DNA from: Curvularia clavata
Taxonomy: Eukaryota
Length of the DNA stretch: 64,000 nt
Assembly (NCBI GenBank): GCA_023920165.1
Contig: CP089278.1
Location: 310,001-374,000, forward strand
Direction: 5' to 3'
Below are positions 35,542 through 48,234 of this stretch, piece after piece; position 1 is the stretch's first letter, and each line of letters starts with the position of its first letter. The notes beneath the pieces were generated by a model. It was not told the DNA's origin and made no database searches. It saw only the letters and a list, made by a program, of their open reading frames with translations. The position numbers were made by a program, and so were the translations under genes.

Positions 35542-37113
35542 TTATATGATTGGAGCGAAAAAGTTGAATCGCCCATACGGATCATATTCCCCTTTCAGCT
35601 GTCTCAACTTTTCCAACCTCCACGGCTCAGGCCCGTACAGCTCCTCGGTCGTCTCATCACCTCTCGCATAATTAACATATGCCTTGTGGACTTTACCAGT
35701 ACCCTTGATCATCGTATCGCGCAGCTTCCCTGCATAGTACCAGGCTATGGCATCAAGACTAGCATTCTTGTTGTACGTCATGAACGGGGAGAGCAGAAGC
35801 TGTCCACTTCGGTCTGGGTACGCGGTGTTGTTACTTGGTATCTGACCAACGCGGTTCGTAGAGTAGCCTTCCAGGAGAACGACAGTCTCGCGTAGCTCTG
35901 CCGGTAAGTTCATCATGATATTGAGGACCTCTCGTAGCGAAGGCGCATCGTACGTATCTGCTGATACCGGAACAACGGAGCGACTCAGGCCTTTCTCGCA
36001 AGATGACCCTTTCCGATCTGCACCCGTAAAAACGCTCACTCCAGCAAGATCCGTTAGCCCCGATTGAGTGGATACCGGGGATAATGCGTGGAAGGGCTTG
36101 GTGTACTGTGCTGGAATGGTGGCGCCCTGATAGATTACCCACACACCAACGATTGGCTGCCTAGTCAGCATTAGCACACCTGGAACCAAACAAGAGAATC
36201 TCACATTGATTGGGTCCACTTTCGAATCGAAGTAGAACATAATGTAGTGTTCTAGTTCAATCGCCCTGTTGCGACTCTCCAACCAGGTATTCGCAACATC
36301 TACAACACCCTCCATTTTATCATGAGTGAAGTGGAAAACGTCAACCGTCCATTTGTCGAGGCTCAGTTTCCGGTCATAGATCTTGATTTCAGCCCGAGTC
36401 ACAATCCCAAAGTTGTGGCCAGCGCCACGAATCACCCAGAACAACTCGGGATTGCGCTCGTCCACAGCGATAGCGCTACCATTGGCGAGCACTATGCGTG
36501 CCGAGACGAGCTGGTCAGCTGCCAGACCATACCGACCTTGGTTCCAGCCATGCCCACCGCCGAGAATAGGAGAGATGTAATCAACGCAGGCGCATGCTGT
36601 GGTCATGGTTTGCTTTCCACGGGCCCATAAGTAGTCGAGGACGTCGCCGTTGAGAATGCCACCTCCAATGAGGGCAGTATCGCCGTTGCGCGTGATTGCG
36701 ATGTCATTCATGCCACGCATCAATATGCCGACAGCGTTTTCAACGTTGTTGAGATAGGCTGTGATCGCATGTGCGCCGGAGATAGTATGAAAGGGCTTAT
36801 TGTTTGCATTGGCATACGTGATCTAGTCTTCTGTTAGCTTGAGGCTGGAGCAGTAAAGACAAAGACACTTAACTGTCTTTTGCACATCTGCCTCTGTTGC
36901 AACCTTGACGATTATGTCGTATTGCGGGGTCTGCGCGGCTCCCCATCGTAGAGTTGCGTTGGCAAATCCTTCCGACCCAGGATAGTAGACTTCGGCAGCT
37001 TTACTGAGAGAAGCTACGAAATGACCTAGAGAGTGGGTGGGTGCCGGGGAAAGGGTTGCTATAGCACAGTTGATTGCAAAGACAGTCGATACCCATAGAA
37101 CCCTGCATGGCAT
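35542..37113 (-). CDS. Secreted FAD-linked oxidoreductase (FAD_binding_4 + BBE domain)
   Basis: Exons 37113-36874, 36822-36205, 36156-35542. Signal-like N-terminus; ISGAH (covalent FAD His); GGGHGWNQGRYGLAADQLVSA; LFWVIRGAGHNFGIVT; C-terminal YVNYA..LYG..RLEKLRQLKGEYDPYGRF (BBE). Confidence 0.88.
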
Positions 37114-40067
37114 CCTGACGTCGAATTTAGAAATCAAAAATGCACGGATGTAGGATACTCAAAATTGCAGCCTAGCGGCCCGTTGCATTACTAAGAGAGA
37201 CTTGCAGGGTCCCCGTGGCTAGTTATCGCCTCTGTTTCGGCATAAAAAACAGTTCTAAGATGCTGTGAAGTTCTGGACGGTAAACGCATTTCTTTTGACT
37301 ATCCCGCATCTCGACAAAGACTTAAGGGAACGGCATGCTGCTTACCCGAATAGAATATTTCGCGCTGTTTGCCGCCCTTTCCGAGACGACAAAGCGTGGC
37401 TCACGCCAATCAATAAGTTCCCCTGAGAGCAGGATTTTATTTCCGTCTTCAATCGATTCACCATTATGCTTCCACAAAACCACAACCTATTACTACCCGA
37501 GCTCAATGAACCGCAGATTTGCTCGAATAAACGGTTAGCGAGACGGCCATGCGCATATCACATCGGAGAGTTTGATTCAGTCACTTTCACTCACTGCGTA
37601 GATAAGCGGGATGTTGAAGAATCAATGGCACGCCGGAATTAAGGGCATTGGCAGTCTGCGGTTCCGTACTAGTCACCATGTGCGGGGGGAATCCATGACG
37701 AGAGCAGTGTTACGGCCCGATTGTTGATGATCACAGGTAGAGTATGCCATCATCTGTGGTCTGATACACGATTGAGACAGCCCTTTTCATAGTCTGCAGT
37801 CCAAATCAAGCGACGATGAGGACGAAGAAAACGACGCGCGCAAGTACAGCCCTCACAATAAGACTAAGTCTAAGGGACGGCCCTAGCCGCTTCCTTCCTC
37901 AAGCTTGTTTCATTGTTGACTCGGTGCCTCCAGGTTTAACAACCCGATGTTCTTCGGAGGTGGCTTTGCGGTATCATTCAACCGCCGAGGGAGCACAATC
38001 CCTTTGATAGCCTAGGGTTGCCGCGCACTTGATCACACCATGTACAAAAGAGGTCTGGAAAGCTTGGTGTCATTTAAGGTATACGAGTCTTCGTTTACCG
38101 AATTTTACAGACCGGCTCTATCTAAAGCGCCAAAAACAATGCTCTATCAAATTAACTAAGCCGATCTCGGCACAAAGCTTAATGAGCAACGGCTGGTCAT
38201 TCTATTTGATAAAGGTAGCCGGTTATGCGCAGGTGTTGAGTCAGGAAGAAAGCTTGCCACGTGGTCTTCAGCTCGAGAAGCAACGCCATAACCTGAGCCT
38301 TTATAAGGACTTTGAAATATGCGCCTGATATCCGGGTTGAACCCATCGAGCAGAATTCCAAATGATCATCCTTGGGAGCCCTCGATCGACATCCATCTGC
38401 AGGTGTTTGAAGCTGCAAACTTAATCCCCGCAAAGAAGGTTCGCATATCCTTGTGCTGACCGGTTCGGAATATTTCACAACAGCCACAACAGTTGCACGA
38501 TATGCGTCGCTGATCCTGCTCGCTTCCATACCTCCGCCCCTAGAATCCATGCTTAGCGACAGTATTTTGGTAGCCAGCCCTATACCAGCTTCTATTCCAT
38601 CACAAGTAGCCGTGTAATAATCTGTTGCTGTCTTCTGGGCCTACGTACTTGGCCTATGTCTCGAACGTGCAAGACTCGTTTAATTGGCCGTCCCCACAGA
38701 TTCGGTATTATCTACCGACCTGAGTGCACGTGTGGATGACGAAAAGTTTACTCAATGCCTCGAGTCCACAAGTCGCCTTTTGGAATACGAGTTACCGATG
38801 CGGATAGGGGCGCGTGTTCTTTTCTGTTTCTGGCTTTTCTATCAGACAAACTTCGGTGATTCTTATTAGTATCCCGCCCTCAGTTTACGCCAACTGAAAC
38901 ACGAAATCCTTCTTCACTCTGTTTGATAATCCAGAGCCGAGCCGCTCGACTGACTCGTCCAATGCAGGTACCACGGACCCAATTTTGCTATTCGGCCCGA
39001 CACGGGGACAAAAAAATCTACCAAGCAACCGAAAGCTAAGATGACGAAGCGCAGACGCATGCTATACCTCTCCTGACACGAGAAGAATAACCATGCTTTC
39101 CAAATCGATCATCTCAACTGCCGAGGGTTGGAAACGTGGCGTCATCGCACGAGAAGGTCAGCCGTGAGCCATGGTATGTGCACGCATGCAAGTATGCATG
39201 TGGCCTTTGGACAGGGTGTCCGGGCGTGGGTAAGTGAGATAAGATACGTAGAATGGGGTAAACGTCGTTACTCAAAATCGTATTTTTATTATAGGGTGGA
39301 GGTATGCCGACGTTACAAGCAAGGGTAAGCGCACATAGCTTGTTGCTTTACAAATGTTAACTCATGGTCCACGCTGTTGTTATTGCGATGGGGGCTTTCG
39401 TGGCCGTGCCTCTGAGCCCTGCGCTATGCAAGGGTCCTCCTTTTACAAAGTCTCCTTACCCCGTCATTGGCTATGTTCGCGTCACAAGAGGGAAAGGTAC
39501 GGTACTGTGATCACTTATCCTCCTTTCTCATGCATGAGTCTCCGACGTACCCGCTGTCGGCATGAGTCGGGTCGCCTGCCGCCGCTGTCAAACTACTGCC
39601 AAACCCAACCAAAACCCCGGTGTGCAGTGTGACGACGCTGATCGCCCCGACCACAATGACGATCCTCTTAACGACTACGTCGGTAAGGGTTGGCAAGGTG
39701 AAACCTACGGACGTTAGTCCTAGGTGGCTTGCCCATTATAAGTATGCGGAGCTAACCCCGTAGTCAAGACCCTTTGTTCAAAGACGGTCCGTTTCCCACT
39801 ATAGCTAGTCTGAGGACTAACCGCTGGAAACATTACGAGCGAAGTCGCTCATACACCGTGGTACCCCTTTGACCACCGACACAACGCTCCTGAATACGAG
39901 GCTAAACGCTTCGTACCAGCACAGGCCGTGCTCTCTTGGTGAACTATACCTTGGCGCCTGACCGCTGTTTTAACCATACTGTTGTCCTGTTATTGTAAAC
40001 CCACAAATTTCCACCTCTCTTACATAACCCTACCGAAGCTATACCACAGACAAAGCCAAGAAAAAAA

Positions 40068-41076
40068 ATGCCCAGAATCGCGACTGTCTGGTCGGGCTTG
40101 GAAGAAGATGATGAAGCAGCGAGTACTGTGCACGAAGAGGGGCTTGTAGTTACTTCAATTATGAAGAACGAACCCACAGCGCGAAACGCAGAACAATTAG
40201 AGGAGAGTCCGTTTCAAGAGGTGGCTCAGGTCAACGGCAAGCACATGATCATTTACGACCTGCCTGAAGGCCAAGCTATCGAAGATTTTGATGCGCAACT
40301 TCGCACATCAATAGGAGAGGTCCCAGACAATGCACGCTTGAATGCCCGATGTTATAATCAGATGGAGAGATACGACGGAGAATACTGGCGAGATGGTACG
40401 ATGAGATAGTGGCCTACTCCCCACAAAAGTTGTGTCATTAAAGCTAATATCTGAAAAACAGATATCCGCGACGTTCGCATGTGGTGCGTAGTTGTTTGGC
40501 AGCCCGCTGCAGATGTTCACGACGAGCTCATGGACTGGTTTATCAACGAATTCACGCCTGGAATGCTCGACAGCCCCGAACTATTGCGCACGCGCATGTT
40601 TAAGCTTGAAAATGTATCGTACATCCGCGGCCAGAAGCAAGAAGAAGTGGACAAAGCCTCTCTCCATCAATATATGACAATTTGGGAGTTTGAGACTGAA
40701 GAATTTCCATGGGAGATTATGGTTTACCTGGGCAGTTCAGAGAAGTGGAGGTTATATGTTGAGAACGGAAAGCTGGTATGCTGCAGACTTTCCGCGCGCG
40801 CTTAGGAAAGAAAACGACTGACGTAGTATGTATAGGATTGGCAGATTGCTCAATATCTGGTAAACGACCCTGAGACGGATGACGATGTTCCCACGATAGA
40901 GGTTCCAGGCGTACCCTGCCCTTAGTCGCCAAGGAAGTCGTAAGAACGTTTGTTGCGGGGCTGATATTTCATAGGAATATTGGGACGAGGACGATCGCGA
41001 TGGACTGCAGCAATCCAGTGAGGATGAAGGCACAGATCAGGGAGAAGACGATAGCGATTCGTTTGAGATAAGGTGA
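40068..41076 (+). CDS. Hypothetical protein, probable EthD-like/dimeric alpha-beta barrel fold
   Basis: ORFs 40068-40409 and 40479-40805 are joined by canonical introns (~40397-40461, 40776-40835, 40911-40973). Contains the motif DELMDWFINEFTPGMLDSPELLRTRMFKL..YMTIWEFE and an acidic last exon. Confidence 0.65.
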
Positions 41077-42839
41077 AGAGCTGGATAACCAACTGCCAGG
41101 TAGCCTTGTGTACCTGTGCTACACCCGGATCTTTTCCTTTCCCGACGTGAGGGTCTTTTTTCTCTGTATACCCGCGATATAAACGCGCAGGGATAACGCC
41201 TTTTTTCCAATCCTCCCGGCAGATTTCTTGGGATTGGGACGTATGCAGGAGTACCAGGTACCATTGTTGTCTTCGTGGTACGATCATTGGGCCTGCTAGA
41301 GTATGCGTGCACCGTTTCCGACGAAAAAGCAAGGAAGGCTAGCCGCCTCGCATGAACGTAAAGTTTAGACCGATACCCTATTTAATATCGATTCCCCTCG
41401 CTCATCCAAGGCCGGGATCGAACGAATGAATCTAGCCGCGTCAGCGCGCTGCCGGCCTTTTCTTCATTGATTTCATTGATTTCAAATGTTGGATGCTGGG
41501 TCCCTGGTCATGGTCCCTGTGATGATGTTATCTATCCCGAACCATTTTCTTACCAGAACCCTGAAACACGGCTCGGGAAGCTAGATGACGAACAAGGGCG
41601 TAAAACGATTGATAGCATGCGAAGCCAACTTACATGTGACATCCCTGCATTACTGTTTGAGGATCAAGAACTAGAAGGAAGATATCGAAGGATACAGTGA
41701 TTCTTTTCGCCTGTGAGGCGAGATTGCAGCTTAGATTACCACGTTGATCTTATTCAAAAACTAGGTAAGATGCTAGGATGAATGCCGCTCACAGCTACGG
41801 TATCTCTCAATGCAACGATCCATCTCACCACTCACTCATACACTCATTCTTTCAACACTAACCCTGTGGATTTTCAGCATTGTATCCTATATCTAGATAC
41901 TGGGTTAGCCATTCAAATGGTATATCCACTGCTTGTGGAGTTGATGTCTTTTGTCCTTAATCACAGCCTTTCTTATTTCGCCACAGTTTTCCGTCGCCGG
42001 GCCGACTGTCCCAACTCGATTCCGCGTCGACATGATACCGTCCGCTTCTCCAAGCCTACACACTGGCTACTACTTTATTAAACTTGGATTTCTCATCTTA
42101 CATTCGTACTGCCAAGCTATCGTCCGCCAGCCGTCAGCAATAGAGAAAGTCGTAATATGACGACAGCACTGCCCTATGCGGCTCGTGAGAAGAGACAAAA
42201 ACTAGTTGTTGCATCTCTAATGTATGCCACATCACACCAAGCTAGTTGGAAACTTGAGTCCTTCGCATTATGTACAGGACCAAATGTTCATTTCACATCA
42301 CCCTGTACTAGCGCCAAATGATCAATCACAACAAGTACAAGCGCTTCTGGGTTTAAACTGTGTCCTTTCACTTCAGTAACACGATGCAGCAATGCTCGAA
42401 GTGGGTATAGCCACGACTTATTGTTCTTCAACGAAACAACTATTTGCAGTTGCGGCGTCTTTTATGTTTATATATAGAGTTATAGACACCCTTTGTATTC
42501 ATGTCGCTAATCCAGAGAAAATCGCATCCTTGCTTTAGTCTAGGCCCAAGGATCCGTGGCTCACGGCTTCAAAGATCGATTGACCGCCATTCCTCGAGTC
42601 AGCATCTGCAGTCACAGCATAAGCTAATTTTCGCAAAGTAAAACACCAAGACAGGTGTTGATAGAAGAAAAATACAAGGTAAGAAGTAAAACCCAGCAAT
42701 GCTCGACGTGTTTTACACTGCTTATATGATTAATAAATCTCTTGTGAGTCTTTTTAAGACCTGCTCCATCTATGTACACATCTAACAAAAAAAGGCCGTA
42801 ACTCATTCATGGAGAGGTTGAAATCTAACCCATCATCTA

Positions 42840-44640
42840 GGCTTAGCCCCAGAAACACCGAGATACTCGGTCAGCATCTTCAATACCTGATCCGATAGCC
42901 TGTGCTACTTCTCCAACGCAGGATAATTGTCGTGAATAAAAGACACCGCATTTTTCACCACCTCGCTCTTGTTCTTTGCTGGGCGGACATACAGCTCGAG
43001 ACTCGAGATGAGCGTCCAGCTCTGCGCGTAATCGCGCAACCCCTTCTTGTCCTGCTCCACGGCAGCGTCAGAAGTAGTAGAATACGCGCTATGCCTTGTT
43101 TTCGGCGTCCTGATTCTTAGCCTTAAGACTCGTCAAGCAAGCGCAAGACAAAAGCGTCAAGATCAAAGAGTTGCTGCAGCCAAAGTGAATCCATGACCTG
43201 TCGGAAGAAGGCGGCTGTGGCGTCGACACTAAGCTCAAGCCAAAAACTCATCCATTGATATGTATTTAAGGCTCAGGGGTGCTTGACCCATTCTTTTGTC
43301 GTGAGGTCCCGCTCGCGGATGTCGATGGGTGGGGCATTTCGACCTGCAACTCAAACGATTTCTCAGAATTTGACTCCTTTGTCAGCATCATGTTGAGATG
43401 CGTCGAGACGAGGGCGGCCAGACTAGTCGTAGCTAGGAATGCTGAGACGGAGACCTCGACGTCCAAACTGCCTCCTATGCCCATGCTCATATTGCTGTTC
43501 GCACCGACCTCAAGCTGGACAAAGTCCATAGTAAAAACGTTTCCTGGAAGGTACCGTTATCGGTCGTCCACACATACGAGTTGCAAATATTCCGTTTGTT
43601 CCACTTGGGTAACTCCTTCTAGCCCAGCTTGCCATTTTCTATGGAGTTTGTAAGGTAGAAATTGGCGTAGCGGATGCGAGAGAGCCTGTAGCGTTGATCA
43701 TCACCGGAAAACTGTTCCTCGGGCCGGAGAATCCTGTCCTTGAGCGCATAGGCCTCGGTGGGCTTGAGTTATGACACGTCCCGTGGCAGACCTGCCTGTC
43801 CTGCCATAGGATAGGCCACTTCGCTTTCGACAAGTGCCACACCCTTGTTGGCCGCCTAGCTTTCAGTTGTTTTGACTCTGATGTCCAGGTTGAAATGAGA
43901 CGCAGCCGTCGACATCTCGTTGGTGAGCGAGGAAGAGGAGATGTCAAGCATAGTCTTGAGTGCGCCCGTGACATGGCCGGAGGACACTTCGGTTATGGCA
44001 CCCACGCCTACTGAGGCCCCCCTACTTTGCTCCAGCTCCCCTGGTGGAAGTAATGTTTGTGTTGAGGCCAGGTTCGTGTCGGGAACTGTATGAGTAGCTG
44101 CATTTTGTCGCATTGACAAAGCGGATGGCGCTGAACGGGCGGTCCTTGCTTGAGGCAAAGTTCTCAGCGGGGATGGGCGGCGCCCCCTCGATGTATCCGA
44201 TGAGCGTGGGAGATGTCTGCACTTGACTGACCCATTCTGTGATGAGGGCACCAGTCTTGAAGCCGGTAACGAGCACCCATTTGCCCGAGTCGGCGTCGAT
44301 GAAGGCGTAGACGCGCTTGAGTGAGCCTTCTCTACTATCCCGGGCCAATGGTAAAATCGCCAAACTCGCCAATCGACGGCCGCTAGCCGGGCCGCACCTT
44401 CCGCGCCAGCTGTGGGGTTGGCCCTGTCTGGAGCGCTTGGGCTACACACGCCGCAACCGGTGTGCCTGATACGACCAACTCGGGTGTGCCAGCGCCAATG
44501 ACGGAAAGATGCCAGCAATTGACCGACTCATCCTGAAGCCAAGGGGAATGTCGTCCTGGCGTTGTCGTACAGTTCGATGCCGGCAAGACTTCGTCAAATG
44601 GAAGGTGCAGCGCAACAGGAATCAACAAATCTCAGATCAC
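42840..44640 (-). pseudogene. Fragment of a large uncharacterised protein of the 'GYIEGAPPxPxEN' family (often LamG/ConA-domain-containing in bacteria and fungi)
   Basis: Frameshifted, stop-broken blocks: IGEFGDF / EGSLKRVYAFID..LVTGFKTGALITEWVSQVQTSPTLIGYIEGAPPIPAENF / KRNICNSYVWTTDNGTFQET / NTYQWMSFWL..FFRQVMDSLWLQQ. Family assignment is from recalled motif similarity. Confidence 0.6.
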
Positions 44641-44711
44641 TCAACCTCACGGCAATTCAAAGTTCGACAGAAATGGCTCCGTCATGCATAACGACTAGTT
44701 CAGGGGGTTGA

Positions 44712-45280
44712 TTGCTTCGCCATTTTCTTACAGAAAGCATGTGGTCAGCATCCACAACAAGGGAGTTCAAGGTAGTTCACCAATGGCTTAACGACATTTC
44801 CAGCCGGCTTGAACAACAGAATGCACAGATGTCACTCAGGAGGGAGCTCAATTTGAAGTGGTCTGAAGGCGATAAGATAACTGCTTTGAACCCGATTGAT
44901 TTTGGAACAAACGGTCATTACCACACATACGCGCAAGTTGAGTAAGCAAGCCTTCTCCTCTGGAACACCCTAGACTGGGGCATTCAGACGGGAACAGCGG
45001 AAACAGGGAATATTAGGGGTAATCGTTCGACGAAGACACACGACGAGTAGTTCGAGAAGAGGATCGAGTTTAGGAAATCGTTCAAGTCCACCCCAAAGGC
45101 ACTAAACTTCATCTATCGATTTTGCATCGAGAAAGGGGACTGAATCCGCATTTCAGTGTTCCCCGAGGACATCAGCAGCACTGGCTTCACTATGCGCCTC
45201 CACTTATGGGCTGGTAGGTTTCTCAATTTTTCTTGGCATCCTATTCAAAATCTTCCAACGCGACTAACCGAAGGTCTTTG
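44712..45280 (+). pseudogene. H-type lectin domain pseudogene
   Basis: In-frame reading across stops: EKRIEFRKSFKSTPKALNFIYRFCIEKGD*IRISVFPEDISSTGFTMRLHLW, matching the H_lectin pattern (I.F...F...P.....L......R.......I...GF.....W). Confidence 0.5.
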
Positions 45281-46428
45281 TCTTTCTTTTAGATACCTTG
45301 TGCCACAACATTGGCGCCTATTGGGTTGCGCACAAAGCAGACTATATAGAATCATAGCTGGTACGTAGAGAATGAAGCTAACTAGAGCAGCTCGGTAGTA
45401 TATGTAACGTACCCCACGGGATAGCATCGCACTTTTGCATAGACCCTACTACAACTCCCTTCTTCTAAAAATGTCTCCTTTACAAAGACAACTAGACTTT
45501 CCAAAAGAAACTCGGGTACAGGTTGCGATTATAGCTCTTTATCAGGACGCAAGTATCTCTGTAAAAGGCACTGAAGCTACCTACAAAATCCCTGAGAAAC
45601 TGTGTTACGCGAACCACGCGCTGGACGACCTTCATGCACAGATACTACTGTCAACTCACGAAAATTCTGGACAATAGCTAGGAGTTGGTAATTTTTGAGC
45701 ACGTGGATGAACGAAGACTCCGCTCGGCTGCAGGACGTGGCTTATGGGCCTACAAGGCAGCTGCATGATATTACTGATGATATTGTACTCAACGATATCA
45801 ATTCTGTTGTATGGCCACGATTCCAATCCTTGAGCCTCGCCTTGCTGTTAAGCTGAAGAACACCGAATGGCTAGTAGCTTATTTTTACAACTGCACAAGC
45901 ATTGTTTCTTGGAAAGAATAAGCAGCGTGTTTCAGGAAACGGCTTTTCAAGTCCCTTGAGCTACCAATACAAGAAATTTCTCTCGTAATTTTGACGACTG
46001 GAGGTATAGAACTCTACCAAATTCCGTTCTAATTGATTCTCACGTATTCAAGGAAACATGTCACCATGAACCAATCTCAGGCAACTTACAACATTGTCAG
46101 TTTCAACTGGGGTTTGCTCTGCATTGCACTGGATTTTGATGGAGCTACAATCTCATATCAACCGGCTTTACAATGTCAGTGTCGTCTTGCAATCATCTCC
46201 AGACATAGCCCCGTTCATCGTCAACAAAATCATAGCGCAAGGCTGAGAATATTTCCATTCGCGAACACATTAGACTATGCTATGCTCTAGCTTTGTCGAC
46301 ACGGCGAGACCATTCAAAAGAATGCGTTTTGTAGGATTGAGATCTACGCTGATGAATGACACCTTATACTTTCACAATCATCAATTTCGTCAATGCTTTT
46401 GGTCTGTTCAATTGGCCAAACCATTGAA

Positions 46429-48234
46429 TCATTCCTCAGGATCACGGCCTCCACGCTTCCTCATCTCCTCAAGGTATTCCTCATCTGTCTCGAGATCGAA
46501 AGGCACAGGACGGGTGATGGGTTCAATTGAGGCGCCATGTGCTTCGAGCTGCTTGAGACGTCGGGCAGTTTCAGGCTTGGTGGTGTTGACACTATACAGC
46601 TTTACGCGGCTACAAATGGTGTTAGAATAGCGAACTCTGGAATTTCTAATGAGACTTGAAGGGGATGCTTACTGGCACGAGGATGTTACGTGAAGATCCC
46701 AGTTCCTGCACAAGATTAGCTGGGTTCAGTACATAACGGACCATCCAAGGCTCACCATGCGCTCCGGACGAAGGTTGGCTGGGTCTATCGTTGATGTCAG
46801 CAACTCTTCTCTTCGCAATAGATAGAATGGACTGTTGGTGGTCCACAAAAATACAAGATACAAGTTACTTACGTTCAAGGCGTCATCCCAGCAGCGCACA
46901 CAAAATTCACTAGAGACAATTAGCTCCATTCATGAGTACAGCGACAGCAGAACTTACAGCCAGCCTTCAGCATCGACAGGAACATCCATCCACCATGTGC
47001 GCCAGGCATGGTAGTACTTCTTGCTCATGTTTTCGTACGGTACTTCATACCAAACACCGCCTCCATCGTTGCTGACTTCGACTCGCTCTGGCCAGCCGCT
47101 GCCACTGTATGCCCAGCCCGTCATGCGGATCTTTCCATCATGGATAATCACATCCTTTTCGACTGGCGTCATGATAGCACTAGAAACCGGCATGGTTTGG
47201 ATACTGAAGCCATTGCTGTACGTCACGTTTTGCTTGCCTTTTTGCGGCGTGTAGTACAGATATTCTTTCATCTGCACAGGTGCCATGGAAGGGCTGTCAA
47301 TGACGTTGATGCGTGTAAGCCACTTGCAGCTCCTTGCACCAATGTAGCCCATCACCACTACACGAAGTGGAGCGCCATGAATGGCAGGCAGCGGCTCCCC
47401 GTTCATCTCCCAGGCAAGCATGACTTCATTGAGGTTCACCTTGCGAGTTGGTACCGACACTGCATAGTTGTAGACCTGTCCCTTCTTGAAGTATGTGTCG
47501 GCACCGAAAAACTCGACGTGCTTTCCTTCTGGCTTGATGCCACAGTATCGGAGGACCTTCTTCAGACTGACGCCAACATAACGCGCGGTACCGATGGCGC
47601 CCTCACCCCAAGGCGCGTTGATCAGTTCGTCCCCATCTCCAGGGTAGTCGTGGATTTGCTCGATACGACGTGTGCCACTGCATTGTAAAGTAACGCAGGT
47701 GTTCATGCGCGGGAATATGCTTTCATCCTGGAGTTCTTTCAAAGTAATCTTCTTTGGCGTGTCAACGAGGCCTTCAACCTCGAAGTAGTATTTTTCAGGA
47801 TCGATCTCAGGAACTCCGCCGTGATTTCTGATGAAGTGGTCTTTGTTATTGGTAATCTCGGTCTCGACTAAGCGCTTTCGGGGCGGCTCGCCATTGTAGG
47901 GGAACTGCAAGACGTGCACCATGTCCTCGCTCTTCTCTTTCTTGACATATTCCCACGAGATGTCCGGCAGGTCCTTCGTGGTCTTTCCCAGGGCATAATG
48001 GTAGTGCTTCCAGCGTACACCTTCAAGCACAGGGTTGGTTTTGGGGAGTGGGAGCAATTGGAATTCGGGTGGCACGGGGAAATCATATTTCGCTAGGATT
48101 TCTGCAGCCTTCTTCTTCTTCTCAGGATACCTCTCCCACTCAATGTATCCTTTCCATCCTTCTCTCTCTTCTGGGAAATCGGGCTCCTCTGTCAAAAGCA
48201 CGAAAGGTTTCGCGTTGGGTTCAGCAGGCGCCAT
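46429..48234 (-). CDS. Sulfite oxidase-family molybdoenzyme (Moco-binding + dimerisation domains, no heme b5 domain)
   Basis: YNGEPP, HFIRNHGGVP, TLQCSGTRR (Mo-ligand Cys), WGEGAIGTA, LAWEMNGEPLPAIHGAPLRVVVMGYIGARSCKWL. Four 3' exons give EFCVRCWDDALN|TQPTFVRSAW|NWDLHVTSSCH|RVKLYSVN..RDPEE*. Confidence 0.92.

Noticed and set aside
37800..38900. Possible degenerate gene fragments
   Set aside because: Short coding-like patches only; I could not assemble or assign them.
47008..47688. Long antisense ORFs over the sulfite oxidase (and similarly over CCT5, Mks1-like, GT31, GNAT)
   Set aside because: Expected shadows of GC3-biased sense-strand coding sequence.
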